From a virus, in IMG/VR virus record IMGVR_UViG_3300031772_000001, positions 103,661 to 167,660 of that record: a stretch of DNA of 64,000 bases. One strand, given 5' to 3'. Below are positions 1 through 9,121 of this stretch, piece by piece. Made by a program: the position numbers and the translations under genes. Under the pieces are notes generated by a model that was not told the origin of the DNA, made no database searches, and saw nothing but the letters and a program-made list of their open reading frames with translations. How positions within the stretch are numbered: the first letter of the stretch is position 1; each line of letters begins with the position of its first letter.

Positions 1-160
1 CAGGAATCACTTCTTGATGAATCTTCTTCCCAAATAACTGATGTGCCGCAGAAAATACAACCTCTACAGTCACAAGAGCTACACACATCAAAAGTATCAT
101 CGTCAAAACCATCATAACCCCAGAAATTCCTGTCTTATTACGAAAAGAAAATACTGGCAT
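1..160 (-). CDS. hypothetical membrane-anchored protein (partial, runs off the left edge)
   Basis: Not in ORF track. ATG at 160 follows a strong SD (AGGAGGGGG). Reads MPVFSFRNKTGISGVMMVLTMILLMCVALVTVEVVFS..., one hydrophobic segment, no stop before the edge. Confidence 0.7.
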   Translation of the reverse strand, partial: MPVFSFRNKTGISGVMMVLTMILLMCVALVTVEVVFSAAHQLFGKKIHQEVIP

Positions 161-169
161 ACCCCCTCC

Positions 170-1555
170 TTACGTCATAAAGTTTGGAAGAGTGTTTGTC
201 AATAACAACTGCGAATAATCAATCGAACCTGCATCACCCACACCCTGACGTTCATCACCAACAACACAAAACTCAGGGTCAAATGGTATGGTCACTGGCT
301 TATCAAATGAGTTTACATAACGGTTCTTCGGAAGATTAACCATCATTTCTTTTCTCTGCTTCAATGAATCATTTAGATAAACAAACGAGACATACGTTGA
401 ATCCCTCTCTAATGAATTTATCTCTGCCAACGCTGTAAGCGGATACAACCCCTCCGTTCCCCCACGTCCCGGCTGTCTCGCCAACTCATACCATGTCCTG
501 TTTGTCTGTGAAAGCATCATCAACGAGAATGATCTTCCGTTGAAGTCCATACACATATTATTGAAAAATGAAACATACCTGTTTGCTGGTTCATCCATAC
601 CCGGAGGTGCAATGAACTTAAACTTCTGAGCATAGTCTATAACCATGTAATGTATAGGAAAATTCACCCTCATCAACCGTGACATAATACCTGAAAAAGA
701 CGTGTTTGAGAAATCAGATATATCAAGAAACTCTATCTTGCCATACTCAGAATTATTAAACAAATCCTCATGTACAGGACCAAGGATATGCTTCTCTTCG
801 TCTGCGTTCATGTTTGCAAAGATCAACTTCTCCTTCGGGACAGGTCTGAACAATTTCTGAAATTTTTCATGCTTTGAGTGCCTTGACAAGTAGTAAGATA
901 TGAGCAACGCTTTCGGCATCTCAAATGAAAGAAACACTCCATTTAACCCACACTTAGTAGAATTACCATAAGATGATGAAATTGCAAAAGATGTCTTCCC
1001 TTGTCCTGCAAAACCCCCAACCGTGTACATGGTTCCAAAAGCTACACCACGCATCTCATCATCAAGATTTTTCACAAATGTCAACATCCCGGCAGGCTCA
1101 TCTTTACGCTTCAGATAAGCCTCAGCATAGTCAAACTTCTTTTGCTCGTTTACGGTACTTACTGACTCCAAGACCTTTGAGAGTCTGGTAAGAATGTCCT
1201 CTCTTGATAGGTTCTGTATGTCTTTGGAAATCTCCCCTAACTTCCGTGATAACTCACCTTTCTTTACGCTCTCTTGATGACCCTCTACTTGGTCAAGAAA
1301 TTCCGCTAAGTTAATCCCATCTTTTAACTGAGGCACAGACCCCACGTACCCCAAACTCCCAACCATATAGTCCAGGGAAGGTACTGTGCCTGCCTTCACA
1401 ACAAGAGTGGAGATTTTCTTTAGGACAGGATCATCTACAGTAGGAAGTATTGCCTGTATCAAGGCACACTTGTTAGCAAATACCTCACTGCCCAACAAGT
1501 AGGCAATGACGTAATCCGTAGCTGTATAGCTGACGTAACTACTTTGTTCTGGCAT
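170..1555 (-). CDS. dnaB: DnaB-like (SF4) replicative helicase
   Basis: Walker A GGFAGQGKTS, H1a FLSFEM, Walker B VIDYAQ, H3 LSQTNR, H4 SLERDS, and KNRY arginine finger. Confidence 0.88.
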   Translation of the reverse strand: MPEQSSYVSYTATDYVIAYLLGSEVFANKCALIQAILPTVDDPVLKKISTLVVKAGTVPSLDYMVGSLGYVGSVPQLKDGINLAEFLDQVEGHQESVKKGELSRKLGEISKDIQNLSREDILTRLSKVLESVSTVNEQKKFDYAEAYLKRKDEPAGMLTFVKNLDDEMRGVAFGTMYTVGGFAGQGKTSFAISSSYGNSTKCGLNGVFLSFEMPKALLISYYLSRHSKHEKFQKLFRPVPKEKLIFANMNADEEKHILGPVHEDLFNNSEYGKIEFLDISDFSNTSFSGIMSRLMRVNFPIHYMVIDYAQKFKFIAPPGMDEPANRYVSFFNNMCMDFNGRSFSLMMLSQTNRTWYELARQPGRGGTEGLYPLTALAEINSLERDSTYVSFVYLNDSLKQRKEMMVNLPKNRYVNSFDKPVTIPFDPEFCVVGDERQGVGDAGSIDYSQLLLTNTLPNFMT

Positions 1556-1895
1556 CTTTTTTCTTGTTCTTGTAGGAAGAAATAATCATCGCCCTGATGC
1601 ACTTGTCAATTTCCGTTGACTTTGTTGGGTATGCTATTTCCCCTACAGCATGAAGATAAAACCATCTTGATAATCTGGACACCACAGACGGGGAATCCTT
1701 CACGACTATGTAGGTAATTCCACTCCACCTAATAAACCAATACCTAAGAAAAGACAACTTATTATTTGAGATAAGCAGGTACTTCGTGGTCATATCTTTA
1801 AGGCTTTTCACAGCCTCATACTCGTGACCACCCTGACCAAGAACTATACTCAGGATGTCAAGCGATTCCTTGTCAAGCATAACTGAGATTTTCAT
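1539..1895 (-). CDS. hypothetical protein
   Basis: 118-aa ORF overlapping both neighbours (translational coupling). Confidence 0.65.
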   Translation of the reverse strand: MKISVMLDKESLDILSIVLGQGGHEYEAVKSLKDMTTKYLLISNNKLSFLRYWFIRWSGITYIVVKDSPSVVSRLSRWFYLHAVGEIAYPTKSTEIDKCIRAMIISSYKNKKKDARTK

Positions 1896-2743
1896 AATTT
1901 ACGGCTCGGTCCTTTCCTTGGAGGCATTGGACTTCTTGACGGGTCTGACGCTGTGTAGGTTAATTTTATGTCTGCGGAACTCTTTGCCTTTCTCTTCTCA
2001 ACCGGCTTATCTACAACCGGCCTACTCACCAAAACCGTATCTAACTTTTGCTCTACAAGAGGTGCCTCTTGTTTCTGTGTCTTACACGGGTCACTACCAG
2101 CCACACCACCCCACGACTTCGGTACATCACACCCGTATGTTAGTAAACCAAACTTCGCTTTTTTGAAAAACTCAGACAGAACTACATCCCCAACAACATC
2201 CCCTAAAACCCTCTGGCCTACCTTCGTGTAGTAATACTTGCTATACAGCGGGAACTCTCTCCCCTTTACAAAAACCCATGTGTGCCTGTCCTGCATCTGC
2301 CTACGTTCAACCAGATTCGCAATAAGAGTCGGCATAAGATTGTTTGTAGGGTCATGGAATCCCACAAACAAGGCAAGATGTTTATACCCCGCTAAATCAG
2401 ACAGGCTCTTGCAAGGCTCCACCTCTGGATTCGACTGCATGAAAATCTTAATAACATCTTCTGTCTCTATCTTCCTGAAAGAGCCTGAAAACCCTGTCTT
2501 TGTCCAAAAATAAGCTGCTGCCCAATTGATAATACGAACATCATCTACGTTTACAAAGAATACTATATCCCGGTCAAGATTCTCGTTCTTCAGTTTATCC
2601 ACTATTCCCAAATCCCCAATAACATCACCTATTGACATCTGAATCATCTTCTGCATCGAAGTGTACCTGTAACACTCACAGGCAACCCATAGGTCATCCT
2701 TCTTATAGTAATTCTCACCCTTACATAGAGGACAATCAGACAT
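1892..2743 (-). CDS. DnaC/IstB-like helicase-loader homologue with degenerate ATPase motifs
   Basis: N-terminal CPLC...CEC Zn motif and DnaC-like C-terminal pattern (LIANLVERRQMQDRHTWVF). Two genes upstream of DnaB. No GxxxxGK[ST]. Confidence 0.5.
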   Translation of the reverse strand: MSDCPLCKGENYYKKDDLWVACECYRYTSMQKMIQMSIGDVIGDLGIVDKLKNENLDRDIVFFVNVDDVRIINWAAAYFWTKTGFSGSFRKIETEDVIKIFMQSNPEVEPCKSLSDLAGYKHLALFVGFHDPTNNLMPTLIANLVERRQMQDRHTWVFVKGREFPLYSKYYYTKVGQRVLGDVVGDVVLSEFFKKAKFGLLTYGCDVPKSWGGVAGSDPCKTQKQEAPLVEQKLDTVLVSRPVVDKPVEKRKAKSSADIKLTYTASDPSRSPMPPRKGPSRKL

Positions 2744-4217
2744 ACACTTTCCCTTTTGCTAACCCTCGTAACTCTTTCTTCTTCCACAACAAATCCTTAC
2801 GCATCTTGATTATATAATCTTTAGTTGGTTCTGAATCAATCTCAGGTAGGTTAGGGTTTTGAGAAATAACCTTCTTAATCTTGTCTGCATTATGCTCTAA
2901 CATCAACCTCTTGTAGGTATCTATCGTGTCTTTAGCCTCAATTATGAATATCTCCATGAAGTTGTGCTCGGTGTTCACTCGCACGACTCGGCCTACCACC
3001 TGCACAAACTCCCCTATTGAAAACGTCAGGTTGAAGAATATCACCGTATTCGACACCTGAAGATTCAAACTCTCACCACCTGCACCTGTCATAACAATAA
3101 TTGATTTTTTCTTAAAACTTTCAACAACATCTTCCCTCTTCTCCAAAGACGTTGCCCCTGTAATCACATATATATCTACGTCAGGGAACTCCTTCTTAAA
3201 CAGCTTCTTCAGCCTATCCACAGGCTCCTTCAGGGATGAATACACGATCACTGCCTTGTCCTCGGCCAACTTCTTAGCAACAAGCTCTACACATCGTCGC
3301 TCTTTTGATGAAACTTTAGATAAATCTTCTCCGTCTCCCCCGGTGTCTGCCGCACGCTGTAAGTCAGGAAGTCTTGCCGCAAAATCCTTGTAAGTACCAC
3401 CAAGAATACCCATTGCCGCACGAAGGTATAGGGTATTCTCTTCAGGTGTCAACTCTACAACCTCACTAATGAATCTTACATCATACTCTCTGAATCTCAC
3501 CAACACATACGGCTTGATTATCTCGTGCAGGATATTAAGGTTCCTGTATCCCACAACCTCAAAGAATGTAATCAACCCCATCTTCCGCATCTTCTGAATT
3601 GTAAACTGCCTCATGTACGATGTCTTTGTTCCCAATACCTTCGGAAATAGGAAATCTACTAACACGAACAGGTCTTCTATGTGGTTTAACAGGGGAGTTG
3701 CGGTTAGTCCCCACGTTACTAAACTATGCTGCCTCAAAACCTTACACAGACCATACCAAGTCATGCCCTTGTTCTTATCATTATCCCTGTAAAACTTTCT
3801 ATTCTTAATCTTGTGCATTTCATCAAGAACTAAGATAACCTTATTTGTCAAGAACAACTTCTCAAGGTAGAATCTTGCTTCTTCCAACTGATGATACGTT
3901 ACAATCGTTATATCCTCATCCCCAGGAAACAAAGGGCCATACTCCTGTAATGTCCACTCAGAACGACACAAGAAGTATTTGTAATTAGTCTTACTCTCAA
4001 TCTCTTTACGCCATGTCACTGTTGCTGATTTTGTACAAACTACAAGAAGATGAAACTTACCAGCAGGATTCTTTCTCCTCACAGCCTCGTAAGCCGCTAA
4101 CGCAGCATACGTCTTACCCAAGCCTGTTCCAAAAGCTAGTAAATGATCAACAGGCTGAGACAGTATCTTTACCGCCTCAGCCTGTTCTTCCAGCAACAAT
4201 GTCTCGAAATGGGGCAT
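2736..4217 (-). CDS. SNF2-family (SF2) helicase
   Basis: Motifs GTGLGKT, LDEMH, LTATP, GGESLNLQ and QVVGRVVR. Confidence 0.9.
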   Translation of the reverse strand: MPHFETLLLEEQAEAVKILSQPVDHLLAFGTGLGKTYAALAAYEAVRRKNPAGKFHLLVVCTKSATVTWRKEIESKTNYKYFLCRSEWTLQEYGPLFPGDEDITIVTYHQLEEARFYLEKLFLTNKVILVLDEMHKIKNRKFYRDNDKNKGMTWYGLCKVLRQHSLVTWGLTATPLLNHIEDLFVLVDFLFPKVLGTKTSYMRQFTIQKMRKMGLITFFEVVGYRNLNILHEIIKPYVLVRFREYDVRFISEVVELTPEENTLYLRAAMGILGGTYKDFAARLPDLQRAADTGGDGEDLSKVSSKERRCVELVAKKLAEDKAVIVYSSLKEPVDRLKKLFKKEFPDVDIYVITGATSLEKREDVVESFKKKSIIVMTGAGGESLNLQVSNTVIFFNLTFSIGEFVQVVGRVVRVNTEHNFMEIFIIEAKDTIDTYKRLMLEHNADKIKKVISQNPNLPEIDSEPTKDYIIKMRKDLLWKKKELRGLAKGKVYV

Positions 4218-4396
4218 TACTCCCTCGGAGGGTCTAACTCAAAAATCTCATCACAATACTTACATTTGTACTGGCCGGGAACACCAGTAGGATAAGCTAC
4301 ACTATGCGTACAAATCTTCTGATCTCTCTTATCAAATATCCTTCCCCAATCTTCATCACTGATTTTATTACTTGTAGGTCTTGAAACAATTGACAT
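4217..4396 (-). CDS. small putative Zn-binding protein (59 aa, not in ORF track)
   Basis: MSIVSRPTSNKISDEDWGRIFDKRDQKICTHSVAYPTGVPGQYKCKYCDEIFELDPPRE*. CxH...CxxC motif. TAATG stop/start overlap with the SNF2 gene. Confidence 0.7.
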   Translation of the reverse strand: MSIVSRPTSNKISDEDWGRIFDKRDQKICTHSVAYPTGVPGQYKCKYCDEIFELDPPRE

Positions 4397-4444
4397 TGAC
4401 TATGACCTTTCCTAATATATTCAACTAACCCCTAATAATCATTC

Positions 4445-4480
4445 AAATAAGAGAAGAAATTTTATTCTCTTCTCTTATTT
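4445..4480. repeat. 13-bp perfect AT-rich inverted repeat
   Basis: AAATAAGAGAAGA-N10-TCTTCTCTTATTT upstream of the helicase operon. Confidence 0.75.
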
Positions 4481-4620
4481 TTTAGAGAAACAGAACATTA
4501 TATGTATGAGTGTTAGCCTTCTCCACTATGGTATTATCCATAAAGGATTGAGCCAATTGACTCCGAAGAAAAGAAGAAGGTAGGAGCATCACCAAACACT
4601 CCAATAAACAAAGAAACAAG

Positions 4621-5033
4621 TGGAGGTGGGGGGAATTGAACCCCCGTCCAGAAAATACTCAATATTGACATCTACGTGTGTAGTCTCAGTTAAGTGTCAT
4701 GATAAGTATACTGAGGCCAAAATACTTACCACCAAGTTTCAGGTATTTTTCGGTGCTTTATGTCATGAAACCACCCACTTGCACCTAACCCTACTTTCGC
4801 CCACACACTCGGATACTTGTGTGGGCTAGTCACCTTTAGTTAGGCGACGCTGACAACTGGCATCGCCAGATCACACATCGCCGCGAAGCGAAGCGCAAAA
4901 GCAACACCAGCGTTGACCGTCGATTTCTCGGCAGCTAACATCTCCCCCGGACGATTTATGAGGCCAACCGGGAGAACCCTCCTCAACACGCAGTCAATAC
5001 TTTATACATTCTGTCGAAAACCAGATCACCCCC
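4621..5033 (-). ncRNA. ssrA: tmRNA (transfer-messenger RNA), one-piece
   Basis: 5' GGGGGTGATCTGGTTTTCGAC and 3' GACGGGGGTTCAATTCCCCCCACCTCCA. Acceptor stem GGGGGTG/CACCTCC has the G3-U alanine wobble. Helix 2 AGTATTGAC/GTCAATATT. pk1 GAGG..CCGG-TTGG-CCTC..CCGG. Resume context TAGCT-GCC-GAG. Tag ORF 4932..4840. Full CCA not encoded. Confidence 0.95.
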
Positions 5034-5045
5034 CCTAAAATGAAA

Positions 5046-5234
5046 AATGCTGGCAGGCTGGCATCTCAGTGGTTGCAACTACCAAGCACAAAATAGCCCG
5101 GCACTGAGACTTTTTCAGCCCACACCCTCCGGCAACAATACCCCACAATCAAAGATACCGAGCCGAGAGCGTGGTCAGGTTGTACACCCTGATAATAGAT
5201 TGATCAATTCCACACGCCCCGGACACGATACCCT
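5046..5234 (-). ncRNA. putative structured RNA / tmRNA leader
   Basis: Two multi-branch folds: GGGTATCG..CCGGGGCGTG/CACGCTCTCGG..CGGTATCT enclosing two hairpins, and GGCTG..TCTCAGTG/CACTGAGA..CAGCC enclosing a hairpin. No convincing minus-strand ORF. Confidence 0.5.
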
Positions 5235-5239
5235 ACAAC

Positions 5240-5269
5240 ATTATACGCTTCTGCGACCAAAAACGTAAA
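5240..5269 (-). promoter_or_regulatory. sigma70-like promoter for the leader RNA and tmRNA
   Basis: TTTACG-N18-TATAAT, ending about 6 nt before the first paired stem. Confidence 0.6.
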
Positions 5270-5275
5270 CCCAAG

Positions 5276-5671
5276 TCAGTTTCGCTTACGACCCTCCCAC
5301 GAGACAAAACCTTTCACGTCCTGATATGCCTTCTCCCAATCACCTGTAAAAGTAACCCCTCTATCGTCTAAATATATGTCAGAAACGCACTTACGGCTGT
5401 TGGTTATCTGATCTGGGTTATCATTTATATGATCAAAAGGGATGTCATTCGACTCAAGATACTGCCTAACCTGCCCTAGCTCATCCCTCGCCGTCCAAAT
5501 AATGATCTTCCAGCCATCGTCTCTCAATTTTTTCAAAAACTTACTTGCACCCTCAATAGGCATCCCAAATCTGCCTCTGCCTTTGAAGCCCTCAGAGTAG
5601 TCCGCAATCACACCGTCAAAATCAACGGCTATTGTCTTTCTTGTATCACCATTCTGCACAGGCAGGCCCAT
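5276..5671 (-). CDS. HAD-superfamily phosphatase
   Basis: Motif I IAVDFDGVI, motif II IIWTAR, motif IV DIYLDDR. Confidence 0.85.
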   Translation of the reverse strand: MGLPVQNGDTRKTIAVDFDGVIADYSEGFKGRGRFGMPIEGASKFLKKLRDDGWKIIIWTARDELGQVRQYLESNDIPFDHINDNPDQITNSRKCVSDIYLDDRGVTFTGDWEKAYQDVKGFVSWEGRKRN

Positions 5672-5681
5672 GATCTTCTCC

Positions 5682-5876
5682 CTATATATGTTTCACCAAA
5701 GAAGAACCATTCTTCATGTCTACAAATTCAGCATCAACCTCACCTTGGCGATTAACAACCTGAAAGGATCTCACCTCGTTTTGAACTATAGAAAAATGTA
5801 CGCCCTTATATCGTTGAGTCTTACGATACTCCCTTCGTATCTCCGCGTCGTTCACTGTATAAGTCTGCATCATCAT
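5682..5876 (-). CDS. hypothetical protein
   Basis: 64-aa ORF in the operon, followed by the SD of the HAD gene. Confidence 0.55.
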   Translation of the reverse strand: MMMQTYTVNDAEIRREYRKTQRYKGVHFSIVQNEVRSFQVVNRQGEVDAEFVDMKNGSSLVKHI

Positions 5877-6324
5877 TACTATCCAAAGATATGTCGTAGT
5901 AAGAACAAACAGATTTGATTATCTCGTCATCCCTCTTGAGAACCTTCTCTGCAATCAGAAGTAAAAGAACCTCTTTAATAACATACACAGAACTACTTGT
6001 TAGTTCTGGTGAGTATGAAACACAGTCAGGTGAAGTTACGTGAGGACACTTATATACATTGACACACAACCTACATCTGCTAATTACAAACCGCTCGTGA
6101 AAAGCCTTACCATCCTCACCTACCCACCTTTCAACAAACTCCTCACCCGGATCTTTCTTTATCTTCTCTCCCTCTACCCACTTATCAAGCTCCAACTTGT
6201 GAATCTCAGCAACCTGTTTCTTATGAAACGCCCCATACTCTATTGCTTTCCGAATGTTATCTTTTATCTCTCTACTATCATAATATCCAAATAATTTCAA
6301 GAGTTTTCGTAATAAAGAAAGCAT
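5821..6324 (-). CDS. hypothetical protein, DUF4032-like KW..E..D.G..W motif plus Cys cluster
   Basis: ELDKWVEGEKIKKDPGEEFVERWV and CRLCVNVYKC...C. SD AGGAGG. Confidence 0.55.
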   Translation of the reverse strand: MLSLLRKLLKLFGYYDSREIKDNIRKAIEYGAFHKKQVAEIHKLELDKWVEGEKIKKDPGEEFVERWVGEDGKAFHERFVISRCRLCVNVYKCPHVTSPDCVSYSPELTSSSVYVIKEVLLLLIAEKVLKRDDEIIKSVCSYYDISLDSNDDADLYSERRGDTKGVS

Positions 6325-6338
6325 ATTTCAGCCTCCTA

Positions 6339-7292
6339 TTAAAGTCGTAACGAAACATACCCCCCACTTGAGAATAAAAGAAACTTCTCAAAATCACCCT
6401 GCACTACCTTTAGTCTATAACGGGTAATATACTCCCAAGAAGAATTACATCTATAGACAGGAAGATTCTCAATAAATCGAGACTTCATAATATTGTACAC
6501 AGACATCATAGGGTCAGGGTTATCTCGTAGCATCTCAATCCACTTCTTGTCACACTTCTTCTCCCCATAGTAGTCAGATTTCAAAAAATTCTCTGGACAT
6601 CCAAACAGGTTTGCCACTTGCACACCAAGCCTGTGCGGGAAACGAGGATACGCCGCCTTCATTGAGTCACTACTATCCCCTCCGCACAACGACCGAAAGA
6701 ATGATGTATTTTGAGGCTCACAACCCTCGAAGATTTCCTTGACTTCGGCCACACCCCTCTTCAAGAACTTCTGCCCTTCACATTTATTCCATAAGAAACA
6801 TCTATCAGAAACAGACTGCATAAGATCTTTATCGTACCCATAAATCAAAACTTCTGGTACAACACCAGAAAACCTCTTTGCCAGTGTATACACTACATCA
6901 TCACCCTCAAAACCATCAGAGGCAGACAAGTATACATGAGGAAACAAAGAAGCAGACTGAATTATCTCAAACAACTTAGACCATATCTCAGGTCTAAACT
7001 CTCGGTCAGCCTTATACTCGGAATTTTCTTCTTTTCTGGTGTTATTTCTTGAGTCAAGACACAAAATAATAGATGCATCTGGACTTCTTCGTATTATCAT
7101 CAACAAACCATAAAGAAACCCATGAATATCTCCGGTAGATGTTACTATCCCCGTCCGCTCATCCAACATACTGAAATCAGGATACCCAAAAAAAGACTTA
7201 TGAAGTAGCCATGAAGCGTCCACAAGAAATACCTTATTGATATTTCCGTACAGAGGACGCAGTTCTGTCTGAGGTTCAACGTGTGTTTCCAT
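6339..7292 (-). CDS. 5'-3' exonuclease / flap endonuclease (PolI N-terminal, T4 RNase H family)
   Basis: Motifs FLVDASWLLHKSFF, YKADR, EGDDVV, DKDLMQ and GGDSSD. Confidence 0.9.
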   Translation of the reverse strand: METHVEPQTELRPLYGNINKVFLVDASWLLHKSFFGYPDFSMLDERTGIVTSTGDIHGFLYGLLMIIRRSPDASIILCLDSRNNTRKEENSEYKADREFRPEIWSKLFEIIQSASLFPHVYLSASDGFEGDDVVYTLAKRFSGVVPEVLIYGYDKDLMQSVSDRCFLWNKCEGQKFLKRGVAEVKEIFEGCEPQNTSFFRSLCGGDSSDSMKAAYPRFPHRLGVQVANLFGCPENFLKSDYYGEKKCDKKWIEMLRDNPDPMMSVYNIMKSRFIENLPVYRCNSSWEYITRYRLKVVQGDFEKFLLFSSGGYVSLRL

Positions 7293-7323
7293 ACCTACCT
7301 ATACGAAATATGCCAGAAATCCT

Positions 7324-7359
7324 AAAGAAAAACCCCACGAGACACAATCCCGTAGGGTC
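7324..7359 (-). terminator. rho-independent terminator
   Basis: GACCCTACGGGA-TTGTG-TCTCGTGGGGTT followed by TTTCTTT, just after the stop at 7385. Confidence 0.75.
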
Positions 7360-7384
7360 AATATACAACAAATACACATTAAAA

Positions 7385-7846
7385 TCAAGAAATTGAAGCA
7401 ACAACTTCGGAAACTGGAACAGGCACAGACTCAGGCTTGCCTGCGCCATTATTCCTTGCCTCTATCAGCTTCTCCATGATACTCTTTACTCTTTCAGGGA
7501 TCTCTGGTACGTCTATGTCCCCGCTCAAAATCGTATCCCCAACCTCACCAACAATCAAAGAACACTTCTGGGATTTCAGACAATCACACAGCAGCTTAAA
7601 CTCTATACTAAACTCTTCCTTCTCAGGATTATCTGTGGGAGAATCATTTTTGAAAAGATGCTGCCTAAGAAACGTCTTCACAGCCTGTCCAACCGCACAT
7701 GTAAACCTCATCTCCCCAATCATTTTTACATCAGGAAGGATAGGTGCCTCTTGAGGACTCGGCTGAAAGAACCGTAGCCTATAAAACACGGTATGCTTAG
7801 TTACATCTGTAACAAACTCGGAAAACTTCACATACGAATGAATCAC
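7385..7846 (-). CDS. hypothetical protein
   Basis: 153-aa ORF with SD AGGAGG and a downstream terminator. Confidence 0.75.
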   Translation of the reverse strand: MIHSYVKFSEFVTDVTKHTVFYRLRFFQPSPQEAPILPDVKMIGEMRFTCAVGQAVKTFLRQHLFKNDSPTDNPEKEEFSIEFKLLCDCLKSQKCSLIVGEVGDTILSGDIDVPEIPERVKSIMEKLIEARNNGAGKPESVPVPVSEVVASIS

Positions 7847-7916
7847 TGAAACCTCCTATGAATGTGATTAAACAAAGACAACACTACTAATAATACGAAA
7901 GAACATAAAAAATACC

Positions 7917-9089
7917 TTAAATAATAGGATACTCAACACACAAAGGGGAAATGTTTATTCCATCTACTCCTGTACCGGTAGGCCAACCTGAAAAAGACAA
8001 TACCCCTGCCTTCAACACTGCAAATCCTAAATTTCCCGATGAATCAATTTCCATACTTGCTGGTAAATTAGCTCCCGGAATACCACCACCAACCTCCCCC
8101 ACTATAGAAAATCGGGCACGATTACTTGCAAGTGGTCTAAACCCTACTGGTATAATAGCAGAAGGTAAAGATAATGTTCCCGATCCATCAACACTTCCAA
8201 CTATGTTAGAAATTTCTAACCTAACTACTGTATTTGGATTTATACCCGGATAAAATATCTTCTTTCCATTAACAGAGCAAGTAACAGAATAGAGAAGTCC
8301 TGTAACAAGAACAGAAGCATTATAAAACTCACCTATTGTACTTGGACACACATTCAAAGCATCCTTAACAGTCCTCCCCACAACAGTAGAATCATTCATC
8401 ACCTCATCGGAGTGCTTATCCCGACTTTCAATATATGGAAGAACATCATACCCACCAACAACAAAGCTACAATTTCCAGCTTCAAAAAGTGTAAGTAATC
8501 CACCAGTTAGTTTATATGGTGTAAATCCTCCACAAGAAATATAAATTACCAACTCTCCAAAATTAACATCATTAGGTAAAAGTGAGGCAGTTACCCACAA
8601 TCTATGTGATCTACCATCACCGATATGATTGTAGCTGCCCCTTACATCTGTAAACTCCGTCAAAACCCCACCAGAAATCTTCCTCTTGAATATTCCTATC
8701 TTAACATTAGGTAGACTTGTAAGAACATCACATGAAAAAGTAACCACTTGACCAACACAAAGATCCTTTGGAATTTTCTGCCATACAGAATGACTTTTAA
8801 CAGCAAAAGAAGGATCTAAAATATTCCCAATAACTGCCTTAATACCCCCATAAAAAGAAGAAGTATCTACAGTAAATACCTCAGCAGAAGATATTGGTAA
8901 TCCAGCACCGGGATTTACTAAATATGAAAAATTTGAGTCAACATGCCATTTATCTGCAAATTCATCCCCACTATTAATAATAACTCTAGGTAACGTAGAA
9001 GATACAGACAAAAACTGTGGGTTAAAACAATGATTAATACAATTCTTCAACAAAAGAGAAAACCCCTTAACACTTCCACCAGTATTCAT
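7917..9089 (-). CDS. tail fibre / receptor-binding-associated protein
   Basis: Carbohydrate-binding-like beta domain and a fibre-tip-like C-terminus (IPVGFRP...MEIDSSGNL). Last gene of the tail cluster. Confidence 0.6.
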   Translation of the reverse strand: MNTGGSVKGFSLLLKNCINHCFNPQFLSVSSTLPRVIINSGDEFADKWHVDSNFSYLVNPGAGLPISSAEVFTVDTSSFYGGIKAVIGNILDPSFAVKSHSVWQKIPKDLCVGQVVTFSCDVLTSLPNVKIGIFKRKISGGVLTEFTDVRGSYNHIGDGRSHRLWVTASLLPNDVNFGELVIYISCGGFTPYKLTGGLLTLFEAGNCSFVVGGYDVLPYIESRDKHSDEVMNDSTVVGRTVKDALNVCPSTIGEFYNASVLVTGLLYSVTCSVNGKKIFYPGINPNTVVRLEISNIVGSVDGSGTLSLPSAIIPVGFRPLASNRARFSIVGEVGGGIPGANLPASMEIDSSGNLGFAVLKAGVLSFSGWPTGTGVDGINISPLCVEYPII

Positions 9090-9121
9090 AAAATTTCACT
9101 CCCGGTTTATTGTCAAACAAA

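Noticed and set aside
4621-4655. tRNA gene
   Set aside because: The T-arm and acceptor half pair with a 5' end about 400 nt away and there is no anticodon arm, so this is a tmRNA.
4620-4829. Plus-strand 69-aa ORF MEVGGIEPPS
   Set aside because: It is the antisense shadow of the tmRNA T-arm and acceptor stem.
5171-5215. Hammerhead ribozyme in the three-way junction
   Set aside because: The plus strand has CTGATAA rather than CTGANGA and lacks the GAAA core after stem II.
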